From an uncultured Gammaproteobacteria bacterium (lineage in GTDB: Bacteria; Patescibacteriota; Patescibacteriia; Magasanikbacterales; GCA-002688135): 45,448 nucleotides of DNA. This document shows, piece by piece, positions 25,059-34,417 of this stretch. Below the pieces are notes generated by a model that was not told the origin of the DNA, did no database searches, and saw only the letters and a program-made list of their open reading frames with translations. Numbering within the stretch: position 1 is the first letter of the stretch; each line of letters starts with the position of its first letter. The stretch is from positions 1 through 45,448 of the forward strand of contig CAZUUO010000003.1 in NCBI GenBank assembly GCA_964622665.1. Reading direction: 5' to 3'. Position numbers and translations under genes: made by a program.

Positions 25059-26330
25059 ATGCGTCTTCCACGCTTTGTTTTTCCCCTATTTCTTTTAACA
25101 TTTTTAATCGGCACACCAGCACTTTTGTTATACACAGCAGGTTATTCCTATAATTTTTCAACGCATAAATTAGAACAAGTTGGTTTTTTATTGATTGATG
25201 GAACCCCCAAAGATGCTGATGTGTATCTTTCAAATAAATTAATTGCGCAGCAGATGCCCTTATATGTAAAGCGCGCGATTCCTGATTCCTATGCTATTCG
25301 TATTGAAAAGGAAGGATACGTTCCCTATGAAACCGATGTACGCATTGCCCCTCGTCAAAGTGTCGTTTACTCACCACTCTATTTAATTCGCAAAGAAGTA
25401 CCCCAACAATTGAGCGCATCATTGGGCACGTTATTATATTTTGATGAGCAACGGGGTAATGCCTACTTTGTTTCCACAGCAAACCCTCGTGACGTGCTTG
25501 TGTACCATGTCACCACTTCCGTTACTCAAAAAATTTCGTTACCATTTTCAGTTTCAAATATCACTCCTTTCATTACAGAGCATTCACTCGCCTTTGTCAC
25601 GCCAACTCGTTCTTTTATTCTCAACCTTGAGAACTTTGAAGTGCGTACGATTATTGGAAAGTATACATCACTGGTTGTTTCTAGTAACGACACTATTTTT
25701 GCTATCACCAATCATTCACTCGTTTCCCTTTCTTCTCGCGATGTTGTTACTGTGGTTGATCCTACCACTTCGTTTACAACACTTATTACCGCTCTTGGTA
25801 ATACTGTTGTGGGTATTACATCACAGGGAGACACAAAGGCGTATTTTGATGGAGCTTACCAAACTATCTGTAGCGAATCACTCGGTGAATTACAGGCGCA
25901 GCACATACAGCGTGGTGTTGGATTTGCTTCTGATGCTGATTCTTCTCTCATGGTTACCGGTGAAGGACGTTCTGTTACGTGTGATAATTTTAATGCTCCC
26001 TTTGTTACCTTCCACAACAACAATCTCGTTGTTTCAGATGATGTTAGTGTTTCGTATTTCGACAAGGAACACACGGAACGACCCATCGTGCGTTTGCGTG
26101 CACCCATGACCTACTTTACCGTCATTCCTCAAACTCCCTACTTTGTCTTTGTTTCAAACAAACAACTGTATATATATAATTCTGAGGACACACGCATGAA
26201 ACCATACGTATATCCTTTTGCGATTGCACCGCGCGCATTGTTTCCTTCGCCCGACGGTCGCACCCTATTTATTGACGGCATTGTTGATACTACCGACGGA
26301 TTCTTCTCTCTCACCCTTACCGACGAATAA
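25059..26330 (+). CDS. PEGA-domain membrane-anchored protein
   Basis: N-terminal TM, then DADVYLSNKLIAQQMPLYVKRAIPDSYAIRIEKEGYVPYETDVRI (PEGA motif EKEGY). The remainder looks beta-rich. Confidence 0.6.
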   Translation: MRLPRFVFPLFLLTFLIGTPALLLYTAGYSYNFSTHKLEQVGFLLIDGTPKDADVYLSNKLIAQQMPLYVKRAIPDSYAIRIEKEGYVPYETDVRIAPRQSVVYSPLYLIRKEVPQQLSASLGTLLYFDEQRGNAYFVSTANPRDVLVYHVTTSVTQKISLPFSVSNITPFITEHSLAFVTPTRSFILNLENFEVRTIIGKYTSLVVSSNDTIFAITNHSLVSLSSRDVVTVVDPTTSFTTLITALGNTVVGITSQGDTKAYFDGAYQTICSESLGELQAQHIQRGVGFASDADSSLMVTGEGRSVTCDNFNAPFVTFHNNNLVVSDDVSVSYFDKEHTERPIVRLRAPMTYFTVIPQTPYFVFVSNKQLYIYNSEDTRMKPYVYPFAIAPRALFPSPDGRTLFIDGIVDTTDGFFSLTLTDE

Positions 26331-26360
26331 AAAACTACCAGCACTCCTGGTAGTTTTTAA
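26329..26360. terminator. Perfect bidirectional terminator between convergent genes
   Basis: AAAAA-CTACCAG-cactc-CTGGTAG-TTTTT. Confidence 0.8.
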
Positions 26361-26686
26361 AAATCTCCATATTCAACACGCGGAGTTTTTTCTTCTGTTT
26401 CAACAAACACCTCGCCCGCTTCCTCAAAAATTGCGAGTGACCCTTGTGATTCCTTTCCAAATCCTTTTCCTGTTTTGTGATCAAATTCCCATTTATGATG
26501 GGGGCACACCACTTTACCGTTCTTTATAAACCCCTCACACAACGGCGCATCTGCGTGTACACAATAATTACCAATACAACCCAATTCACCATTCACGCGA
26601 AATACGGCATAGGTTCGTTGTTCAATCAGCACCCCTTTTCCTTTTCCTTCCTCGAAATCACTCGACATTCCTATTTTTATTTTCAT
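26357..26686 (-). CDS. Small Rieske [2Fe-2S] domain protein (NirD-like)
   Basis: C-V-H-x17-C-P-H-H (CVHADAPLCEGFIKNGKVVCPHH). A 4-nt ATGA overlap links it to the upstream nucleotidyltransferase gene. Confidence 0.8.
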   Translation of the reverse strand: MKIKIGMSSDFEEGKGKGVLIEQRTYAVFRVNGELGCIGNYCVHADAPLCEGFIKNGKVVCPHHKWEFDHKTGKGFGKESQGSLAIFEEAGEVFVETEEKTPRVEYGDF

Positions 26687-27774
26687 AATTCAACAACTGA
26701 ATTATCGCCAATCACTAGTTTATGACCGTGAGGTAATGAATCTTGTACTCGTGAAATAGTTGCACCCGCACCAACGATTGAATCTACGACACGAGCGTAT
26801 GCATTAATCTGTGCACCATCTAACACGATAGAATGTTCTATTTCACTGTTGCGAATCGTCACATTATTTCCCAGTGAGGTGTAGGGACCAATATATGAAT
26901 TTTCAATAATACAATTTTCTCCAATTACTACCGGTCCTCGAATTAAGGTCTTCTCACCAATAACGGCGTTTGCACCCACTCGTACTTTTCCTTGTAATTT
27001 TGCTGTTGGATGAATTGTTGCATTACGTGCAACTTCCATTTCATGCTCTGCCAATCCATCCAAAATATATTGATTACCAATGAGTAAATCTTCTGGTTTT
27101 CCCGTATCTTTCCACCATCCTTTAATTTCTTCAAACCCAACGCGTAATCCTTTGTCGATGTAATATTGGTGGATGTCGGTAATTTCATATTCACCGCGCG
27201 CACTTTTTTGCAAACTATCGAGCACTTCGAGTGCGTGATGGTCGTACACATAAATGCCGGTAATAGCAAAATCACTCTTTGGTTCTTTTGGTTTTTCTTC
27301 CACGCGAATAATTTTTCCATCTTTAATTTCGGGTACGCCAAATCGTTCAGGGTCAGGAACTCTTGAGAGCGCTAACATGCAATGAAATTCTTCTTGCTTG
27401 AATTTATTAATGAGCGCGTTTATGTCAGTACCCAAAATATTATCCCCCAGATACATGATAAATGAATCACCTGCACGTAAAAATCCTTCATCGCGAGCAT
27501 TCTTCACCACATGCGCCAAGCCCAATGCACCACCTCGTTGTTCGATATAGGTAATCGTACAATTAAATTTTTCACCATTACCAAAAACTTTTTGTAATTC
27601 TTGTTCACCCTCGTTGACTGAAATACCAATGTCGGTCACTCCCGCATCGACAATTTTTTCAATGGCGTATTGCAACATTGGCTTGTTTGCAAGCGGGATA
27701 GAATGTTTGTTTCGATTCCAGGTGATAGGACGCAACCGTGTTGCACGACCACCCGCAGTAATTAAAGCTTTCAT
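26683..27774 (-). CDS. Sugar-1-phosphate nucleotidylyltransferase, long form with C-terminal left-handed beta-helix (RmlA-long-like)
   Basis: MKALITAGGRATRLRPIT is the G-x-G-t-R-l signature. About 360 aa, with hexapeptide repeats at the C-terminus. Confidence 0.8.
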   Translation of the reverse strand: MKALITAGGRATRLRPITWNRNKHSIPLANKPMLQYAIEKIVDAGVTDIGISVNEGEQELQKVFGNGEKFNCTITYIEQRGGALGLAHVVKNARDEGFLRAGDSFIMYLGDNILGTDINALINKFKQEEFHCMLALSRVPDPERFGVPEIKDGKIIRVEEKPKEPKSDFAITGIYVYDHHALEVLDSLQKSARGEYEITDIHQYYIDKGLRVGFEEIKGWWKDTGKPEDLLIGNQYILDGLAEHEMEVARNATIHPTAKLQGKVRVGANAVIGEKTLIRGPVVIGENCIIENSYIGPYTSLGNNVTIRNSEIEHSIVLDGAQINAYARVVDSIVGAGATISRVQDSLPHGHKLVIGDNSVVEL

Positions 27775-27775
27775 A

Positions 27776-28828
27776 TTAGCGTATGTTTTTTAGTATTGAG
27801 AAATAGACGCGCATGATGGGATTGCCTACGTATCGCAACAACGGATTTTGCACTTCTTGAAAGTCGACTGTTGCAACTAATTTCTCGATAAACTGTGCAT
27901 TCGTTATGGTCCGTTCCGCAAACTGTTCTTTTCGTTTGTGTTGTATTGCCTGCCACGTTTCTTTTTTCAAAAAGTATTGCAATACCGCCAACTTTTGTTT
28001 TCCCCATCCATTTTTTATTGCATATACCCACATTGCCAATTCCATCCCGAGCAATAAGGGAGAACTTGCTATCAATAGTGGTAACGGGAAAAAGGTAAAT
28101 AGTACGAGATATCGATTGCGTTCCATGAAATATATTTGACGTACCGAACGACCAAACTCATATTTATGCGCCACACGTGACGTTGGTACCATGACGATAC
28201 GTTTTCCTCGCATGATGACTTTTAATGATAGCTCCACATCATCATGATACATAAAGTAGGATTCATCACACATCCCTATTTCTTGTGCGGTTTGCACGGT
28301 CATTGCCAGTGCAACACCCGACGCACTCCCAATGTCTACCAATTCTCGTTCTCCTTCTGTATCAAGTTCATTATACCCTACACAAAAACTAAATCCTAAA
28401 AATTGCAAAACATTGCCTCGGGAATTTGATCGTGGTGGGTTGGTATTATATAATAAAACTTTTGATTGTGTGATGCCAATCGTTTTGTCTGACAACGGCG
28501 CAACCAATTCTTTTGCCCAGGTACGTTCAAACACCGTATCCATGTTTGCTAATATCACCACTTCACAACCGTCAGTGATTGCTTGTCGCATTCCAATATT
28601 ATTTGCATGTCCCCATCCATTTCCCTCACTTCCCATTATGGTGGCTTCAGGATATATCGTCGCAATAGTTGTGCGCGTTTGTTCACTCGTGACATTATCA
28701 ACAATATACACGCGGAGCACATCACTGCCTAATGTTTGCAACCGTAAAGAATCTCGACACTGCGCGAGGAATTTTTCTGCGTAATCTTTATAATTAATAA
28801 GAATGACTCCTATCATCATATTCCCCAT
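27776..28828 (-). CDS. Glycosyltransferase family 2
   Basis: GVILINYKDYAEKFLAQCRDSL...VYIVDN, a later DD acidic motif and a C-terminal TM region. Confidence 0.85.
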   Translation of the reverse strand: MGNMMIGVILINYKDYAEKFLAQCRDSLRLQTLGSDVLRVYIVDNVTSEQTRTTIATIYPEATIMGSEGNGWGHANNIGMRQAITDGCEVVILANMDTVFERTWAKELVAPLSDKTIGITQSKVLLYNTNPPRSNSRGNVLQFLGFSFCVGYNELDTEGERELVDIGSASGVALAMTVQTAQEIGMCDESYFMYHDDVELSLKVIMRGKRIVMVPTSRVAHKYEFGRSVRQIYFMERNRYLVLFTFFPLPLLIASSPLLLGMELAMWVYAIKNGWGKQKLAVLQYFLKKETWQAIQHKRKEQFAERTITNAQFIEKLVATVDFQEVQNPLLRYVGNPIMRVYFSILKNIR

Positions 28829-29622
28829 TTCAAAAAATATTTTACCGCACTTTTCACATGCGTCCGTGTCAGTTTATCGAGAAAAAATGCTTTAACACCT
28901 TTAATTTTTGCACTGGCGCGCTGCCATCCGTGACGCAACACAATATCATGTACATAATACACTGATTTATGGTGTGACCAAAATGTTTTACACCAATCAA
29001 TGTCTTCAAAATACATGAAGTACTCATCACTCATATACCCCACACTCGCCAATAACTCACCACGCACCATCATGGCAGATCCCATGAGCGCGTCGACAGG
29101 TTGTGTTCGCGTATGATCAAAATCTTTCATTAAAAAACGATCAATTTCTTTTTGACCCCACACGGTTTTTCCTAAAAAGGTACGGCGTACCAACGGTGTA
29201 TACCATCGAGGGAATCGCCAACAAGAATGTTGTAACGTACCATCGGTATTTAATAATTTTGGTCCCGCAATACCAACTTGGGTATGCGCATCCATAAATG
29301 CAACCAACCGCTCACTCGTACGTTGTTCAAAAAATGTTATGTCTGGATTGATGACTAAATAGTATCGCGATTCAACCGCTTGCAATCCTTTATTTACGCC
29401 AAATCCATACCCACGATTTTCAGAGAGCATGACAGACGTAATCTTGTGTTGTAAGGGAGAACGCGCGATCACTCCTTCAATGCCATCACGTGAATCATTA
29501 TCAACGATAACAATACGCACATCCATGGTGGTGCGTTGCAAATCTTGCTCTATCGATGCTAAACATTCGCGCACATATTCGCGCATCTTATAGTTTACAA
29601 TGACAATTGTCAGATCGATCAT
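28816..29622 (-). CDS. Glycosyltransferase family 2
   Basis: LTIVIVNYKMREYVRECLASI...IVIVDNDSRDG...NRGYGFGVN. Confidence 0.85.
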   Translation of the reverse strand: MIDLTIVIVNYKMREYVRECLASIEQDLQRTTMDVRIVIVDNDSRDGIEGVIARSPLQHKITSVMLSENRGYGFGVNKGLQAVESRYYLVINPDITFFEQRTSERLVAFMDAHTQVGIAGPKLLNTDGTLQHSCWRFPRWYTPLVRRTFLGKTVWGQKEIDRFLMKDFDHTRTQPVDALMGSAMMVRGELLASVGYMSDEYFMYFEDIDWCKTFWSHHKSVYYVHDIVLRHGWQRASAKIKGVKAFFLDKLTRTHVKSAVKYFLKWGI

Positions 29623-30587
29623 AGGGAGTAATGTCTTTTTGCACGATTACGGTACTCCCTCCTTGTACGTACTATTGTAGGCAAAAGTCGCAAAAAGTCA
29701 ATGAACCCTCGCAAAACCTTTGGTTCTTTGAAAAAGAGATAGAAAAATTTCATTTTTTCACTCATGATAACCTGCACACTCCACAATCTATGCAGTGTTA
29801 GTACCGCGAGGTGGTTACGATATGAGTTGGTACGTGACGCGAGACTTCGTGATGATCTGCTCGTATGTGCCGCAATACTACGATCATGAAATGCGCGAGC
29901 TTTAGAAACAACGAGTGCCGAAAATCCAGCTTCATACAAACGGAGTGCCAATTCAACATCTTCTTTATAATTTTGAAAGGTGGGATCAAATAAACTTCCA
30001 CTTGTATGCAGTGCTTTTTGCAAATGTGCAACATTATAAAAGGGACACGTTCCCGAAACACCAAACACTTCTTCATCACATGAAGGTATTGTGGTCTGAC
30101 CGACTCCTATTTCAAAAAATTTTCCCCATTTGTTTGAGGTAATTCCTAGTGAATCAATAACAACATTTTCTGTATGAGGAATTTCTCCTGGATTGTTCCA
30201 TTGTAACAACACACCTGATGCAGCCGCACATTCAGTGTGTTCGTTCATTGCACGCATGACTTCTTCTGCATACGTTTTTTCAATATACAAATCTTGATTC
30301 ACGAGCCACACAAATTGTTCTCCTTTGTGTTCTATTTGTAATTTTCCAAACAATATATTGTGACCTCCGGCAAATCCATGATTTGTTTCTTCAAATATCA
30401 TGTGCGCGTGAGGAAATAATTGGGGAATATGTTTTTGTAAATACTCACGAGTTCCATCGGTTGAACCATTATCAAGAATACGCACCGTGCTTGGTGCTAT
30501 TGTTTGTTGGTGTAAGGAGTTGAGTAATGCGTTGAGATACCGCATACCATTCCAGGTGACCAGATGTAGTGCGTACATATTATCCAA
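29619..30587 (-). CDS. Glycosyltransferase family 2
   Basis: LHLVTWNGMRYLNALLNSL...VRILDNGSTDGT...NHGFAGGHN. Confidence 0.8.
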   Translation of the reverse strand: MDNMYALHLVTWNGMRYLNALLNSLHQQTIAPSTVRILDNGSTDGTREYLQKHIPQLFPHAHMIFEETNHGFAGGHNILFGKLQIEHKGEQFVWLVNQDLYIEKTYAEEVMRAMNEHTECAAASGVLLQWNNPGEIPHTENVVIDSLGITSNKWGKFFEIGVGQTTIPSCDEEVFGVSGTCPFYNVAHLQKALHTSGSLFDPTFQNYKEDVELALRLYEAGFSALVVSKARAFHDRSIAAHTSRSSRSLASRTNSYRNHLAVLTLHRLWSVQVIMSEKMKFFYLFFKEPKVLRGFIDFLRLLPTIVRTRREYRNRAKRHYSL

Positions 30588-31353
30588 AGATCCCGTGTTT
30601 CTTAAAATACTTCATCATTGAACTCACAAACATTTTTTGTTTTTTGAGTGTTGCAACTTGTGCAAATGACTGACCTATCAAATCAATCGCTTTTGTTTTT
30701 GGGGTATACCACACGGTATATCCTGCTTGTTCCATGCGCTTACACATATCAACTTCTTCAAACCACACAAAAAATTGTTCATCAAAATTTCCCACTTTTT
30801 GTAATGCTGATGAACGCATAAAAAAATATGAGCCGCGAATGGATGGTACAGCTTGTTCGCGCGTGTAATCAAAGGTGTGGCATAAATAGGTGTCGAGCAA
30901 TCGGGGAAATAATTTTCCTATCTTACTCACAATTATTGCTTGATCAAACCATGTTGGAAATTTTCGTACATGAGCAATGATTTCTCCTTTTTCATTTACT
31001 AACTGTACACCCAATACTCCAACATGTTCTCGCTGTTCCATTTCGTGCACACTTATGCGCAGCGTATCTTCAAATAATTGCATGTCGGGGTTTAACCACA
31101 ATACAAACCGTGCGTTAACCTGTTGTAACGCTTGATTGACTGCTTTTGACGTACCGACATTTTCAGTATTTTCAATCACCGTAACATCAGGAAATTCTGC
31201 GCGTACCATCGCAACACTGCTATCATGAGAAGCATTATCTACCACGATCACCTTTCGAACAATTTCAGGAGATGACTGTGCCACTGAATGCAAACATGCG
31301 CGAAGTTTATCGCGCACGTTCCATGAAACAATAATGATGGCAACATCGACCAT
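30580..31353 (-). CDS. Glycosyltransferase family 2
   Basis: VAIIIVSWNVRDKLRACLHSV...VIVVDNASHDSS. The start is set to ATG 31353, 4 nt after the upstream stop. The track start is 31410. Confidence 0.8.
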   Translation of the reverse strand: MVDVAIIIVSWNVRDKLRACLHSVAQSSPEIVRKVIVVDNASHDSSVAMVRAEFPDVTVIENTENVGTSKAVNQALQQVNARFVLWLNPDMQLFEDTLRISVHEMEQREHVGVLGVQLVNEKGEIIAHVRKFPTWFDQAIIVSKIGKLFPRLLDTYLCHTFDYTREQAVPSIRGSYFFMRSSALQKVGNFDEQFFVWFEEVDMCKRMEQAGYTVWYTPKTKAIDLIGQSFAQVATLKKQKMFVSSMMKYFKKHGIFG

Positions 31354-31357
31354 ATAC

Positions 31358-33307
31358 TTATGAAAGTTGTCGTTCTTTGAGCGATAACTTTTCAGCAGTA
31401 TCATTAGCAACTTTTTGCATTACGAGTTCAGCAGCTTCACTATGCAAACTCACTTTTAATTGTTGCATAATTTCACGTAATCGATCTTCGATGCGTGGTA
31501 ACACAATTCCTTCACCTGCTAATTTTTCCAATGACAACACACTGTCGATACGTTGTGCTAAGGTCATGCGATTTAATTCTTCTTTGGTAATCATCGCAAT
31601 TTGCATGTCAGGTTTGATAATTTCCTTTAGCATGAGTGCAATTTTGTAAGGAGAGGTAATGCCAGGATTTGCAACATTGTAAATACCGGTCGCTTTTTTC
31701 TCAATCAATTTTTCTGTCACTGCCAATAAATCTTCTACCACCGTACATGAGTTTGGAGTGTCGATAAATTTGGTATAGGTTAACATTTTACTTAATGCAT
31801 TACGGGGTGATAATTTTGCTGTTAACAATTGGCGTGGGCGAAGAATTAATACCGATAATCCTTTTCGTTTTGCGCGATCAAGTAACAAGGTGTCAGCAAA
31901 TACTTTTGTCCATGCATAAAAACACACCGGACTGACTTCATCAGTTTCTTTCCATACCTGACTTTCTGTTTTACTTTCTTGAATACAGCCACTTGAAATG
32001 TGCACCAAGTATAATCCAAATTCTTGACATGCTGCACCAATAGTATCAGCGCCAATAGTGTTGACTGCTAACGTTTCTTGTTGATTGCGTTCACACCAAT
32101 CAATATCAGTTTTTGCAACACAGTTAAGAACGGCACTGAATTTTTTATCTTTCAAACTTTCGCGTACCGCTGCTACATCACGAATATCAACGGTGATAAC
32201 GGTTACCTCATATCCTTTTTGTTCAAAATATTCTTTGTATAATGTTCCCAACATGCCGGCGCCAAAAATAGCGATATGTGCTTTTGGTTCTTCAGGAATA
32301 TGTGGATTGAGCGCTCCATATCGTTGTTCAATATCAGCGATATATTGGGGGTTGTTCGCATACCACATCACGGTTTCACGTAACGCATCACTAAAACGCG
32401 CTCGTGGATAGAGTGGTGAAAATTCTAATTCTTTGTACAATTTTGTTGCATCAAGTGCGTAACGACGATCATGGCCCAAACGATCCGGAACTGTGCGGAT
32501 AAAATCTTTTGGTTTTTGTAAGATGGTTAAAATTTCTTCTGCGATTTCACGGTTTGAGCGTTCATTACCAACGCCGACATTATATACTTCTCCTACTTTT
32601 CCTTTGTGGAGTACGGTATAAATTGCAGCGACATGATCGGTGACATGAATCCAATCACGGACATAAGCGCCATCCCCATACATGGGAATTTTTTTACCTT
32701 TCAATACCATGCTGACCCAGAATGGGATCATTTTTTCAGGAAATTGATGTGATCCAAAATTATTGGTGCATCGCGTAATAACTACCGGCACTTTGTAGGT
32801 TTCAAAATATGCCTTCGCTAATAAATCTGATGAAGCCTTTGATGCTGAGTATGGTGAACTTGGTTGTAACGGTGAGTTTTCTGTAAATCGTTCCTTATTT
32901 TCCAATGTTAACATTCCATATACTTCATCCGTTGAAACATGGACAAACTTTTTTACATTATATCGTTTTGCAGCTTCCAGCATTACTTGGGTGCCCCGCA
33001 CATTAGTCATGACAAAATCCGTTGCAAATCCGTGGATTGAACGATCAACATGAGATTCTGCGGCAGTATGAATAATAACATCGATACTATGATCTTCCAT
33101 GACGCGTGCTACTAATGATTCATCAGTGATTGAACCATGCACAAATACAAAACCTGGTTTACCCATTATCCCATCCAAATTATGCATGTTGCCTGCATAC
33201 GTTAAGGCATCAAGTACCACAATTGTCGCACTCTCTTCACGCTCGCGAATATATTTTACTAAGTGAGAACCAATAAATCCTGCGCCGCCGGTAATAAGAT
33301 AATTCAT
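31358..33307 (-). CDS. Fusion protein: NDP-glucose 4,6-dehydratase (RmlB-like, aa 1-330) plus NRS/ER-like 3,5-epimerase/4-reductase (aa 343-649)
   Basis: N-domain motifs: ITGGAGFIGSH, HVSTDEVYG, YSASKASSD and QFPEKMIP. C-domain motifs: IFGAGMLGT, DIDWCERNQQET, FYAWTK, SPRNALSKMLTYTKFIDTPNSCTVVEDLL and TGIYNVANPG. These resemble plant NRS/ER, from which I recall VDWCESHKVET, FYSKTK, NPRNFITKI..VVDIPNSMT and TGIYNFTNPG. Confidence 0.85.
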   Translation of the reverse strand: MNYLITGGAGFIGSHLVKYIREREESATIVVLDALTYAGNMHNLDGIMGKPGFVFVHGSITDESLVARVMEDHSIDVIIHTAAESHVDRSIHGFATDFVMTNVRGTQVMLEAAKRYNVKKFVHVSTDEVYGMLTLENKERFTENSPLQPSSPYSASKASSDLLAKAYFETYKVPVVITRCTNNFGSHQFPEKMIPFWVSMVLKGKKIPMYGDGAYVRDWIHVTDHVAAIYTVLHKGKVGEVYNVGVGNERSNREIAEEILTILQKPKDFIRTVPDRLGHDRRYALDATKLYKELEFSPLYPRARFSDALRETVMWYANNPQYIADIEQRYGALNPHIPEEPKAHIAIFGAGMLGTLYKEYFEQKGYEVTVITVDIRDVAAVRESLKDKKFSAVLNCVAKTDIDWCERNQQETLAVNTIGADTIGAACQEFGLYLVHISSGCIQESKTESQVWKETDEVSPVCFYAWTKVFADTLLLDRAKRKGLSVLILRPRQLLTAKLSPRNALSKMLTYTKFIDTPNSCTVVEDLLAVTEKLIEKKATGIYNVANPGITSPYKIALMLKEIIKPDMQIAMITKEELNRMTLAQRIDSVLSLEKLAGEGIVLPRIEDRLREIMQQLKVSLHSEAAELVMQKVANDTAEKLSLKERQLS

Positions 33308-33309
33308 AC

Positions 33310-33726
33310 TTATATCGTTAATGCTCCTATAATATGTTCCGCTACATTTTGCACTTGTTGTTCATTTTCGTAATCTTGTCCATGCCAATGTGTAAATCCA
33401 TCTCCTTCAAAACGTGGAATCACATGAACATGTAAGTGAAATACCGCTTGTCCAGCGACAGCACCATTATTTTGCACAATATTATATCCTTCAACTCCCA
33501 ATCCTTTCACAACAGCACGTCCAATTTTCTGAGTCATTTCAAACAATCGATGGATTGTTTCTTTATCCGCTGTTTGTAAATTAGCGATGTGTGTTTTAGG
33601 TACAATAAGTGTGTGACCAGGATTTGTTGGATGGATATCAAGAAAGGCAACCACATATTCATCTTCTGCGATGATGGTTGCGGGAATTTCACGTGCAATT
33701 ATTTTACAGAATAGACAGTCATTCAT
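33310..33726 (-). CDS. HIT-family (histidine triad) nucleotide hydrolase/transferase
   Basis: CLFCKII near the N-terminus and the triad HLHVHVIPR. Confidence 0.9.
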   Translation of the reverse strand: MNDCLFCKIIAREIPATIIAEDEYVVAFLDIHPTNPGHTLIVPKTHIANLQTADKETIHRLFEMTQKIGRAVVKGLGVEGYNIVQNNGAVAGQAVFHLHVHVIPRFEGDGFTHWHGQDYENEQQVQNVAEHIIGALTI

Positions 33727-33917
33727 AGAGGTTTGGTTGTTATGTGCCTAATCAGATGGACACACATTGCAAGAAAGAGCACAAACGTAATCGTGGTAAT
33801 AGGAATCGTAAAACTAAATACACCGTGCCACGAACGTTCTGCTATCATGATGAGAAGTGTAGCCCCCACCAGTAGAGGTAGTATGTGGTGGATAGGGCGG
33901 TCAGTCAAGGGTTTCAT
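33723..33917 (-). CDS. Small two-TM membrane protein (hypothetical)
   Basis: 64 aa with two hydrophobic segments. A 4-nt overlap links it to the HIT gene. Confidence 0.4.
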   Translation of the reverse strand: MKPLTDRPIHHILPLLVGATLLIMIAERSWHGVFSFTIPITTITFVLFLAMCVHLIRHITTKPL

Positions 33918-33928
33918 AGTGTATAACG

Positions 33929-34417
33929 TTATGGTTTACAAGCCGTTTTTCCTCTAATTTCAAAAGAATCTACCCACAATTTCCCTCCCTCATTGTGATA
34001 TGAAACTTGATAGCGCTGGTCCTTTTCATTATACCGAATATTTTCGCCAGATATTTCAATGGTTTTCTTTTGCCAGTTGTCCGCTTTTGGTAATACGACG
34101 TAGGTAAAATCGGTCATCTGTTGTCCAAACTGAAAGCCAAATTCAGTATCAGCCGTACTCTTATACGTTATCATCGCCTCGAGACATCCAAATTTTTTCG
34201 GTGTACGAATATGGTGAAACACTCTTCCCGTCACCTCCATCACAGCACGTCCTTCACGATATGTTTTCACTGCTTGTGTTCCGGGGCGCATCGTCGTACA
34301 AATAGCATTTTGAAATCGAAATTCACAGGCTCCGTGCCATGACGGCCCAAAAAATTGTATGACTGCATACCCCATGCCGAGCACTACACTACTGCGTACC
34401 ACCCACGAAAATTTCAT
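33929..34417 (-). CDS. Hypothetical membrane-anchored/secreted beta-rich protein
   Basis: N-terminal hydrophobic anchor. No motif recognised. It is in an operon position downstream of the GT-C-like gene. Confidence 0.45.
   Translation of the reverse strand: MKFSWVVRSSVVLGMGYAVIQFFGPSWHGACEFRFQNAICTTMRPGTQAVKTYREGRAVMEVTGRVFHHIRTPKKFGCLEAMITYKSTADTEFGFQFGQQMTDFTYVVLPKADNWQKKTIEISGENIRYNEKDQRYQVSYHNEGGKLWVDSFEIRGKTACKP

Noticed and set aside
25441-26109. A 222-aa plus-strand ORF overlapping the PEGA-protein gene in another frame. Similar off-frame ORFs lie inside the 36015..38018 membrane-protein gene.
   Set aside because: The products are Leu/Ser/His-rich low-complexity strings that lie wholly inside longer ORFs with coherent domain or TM structure.
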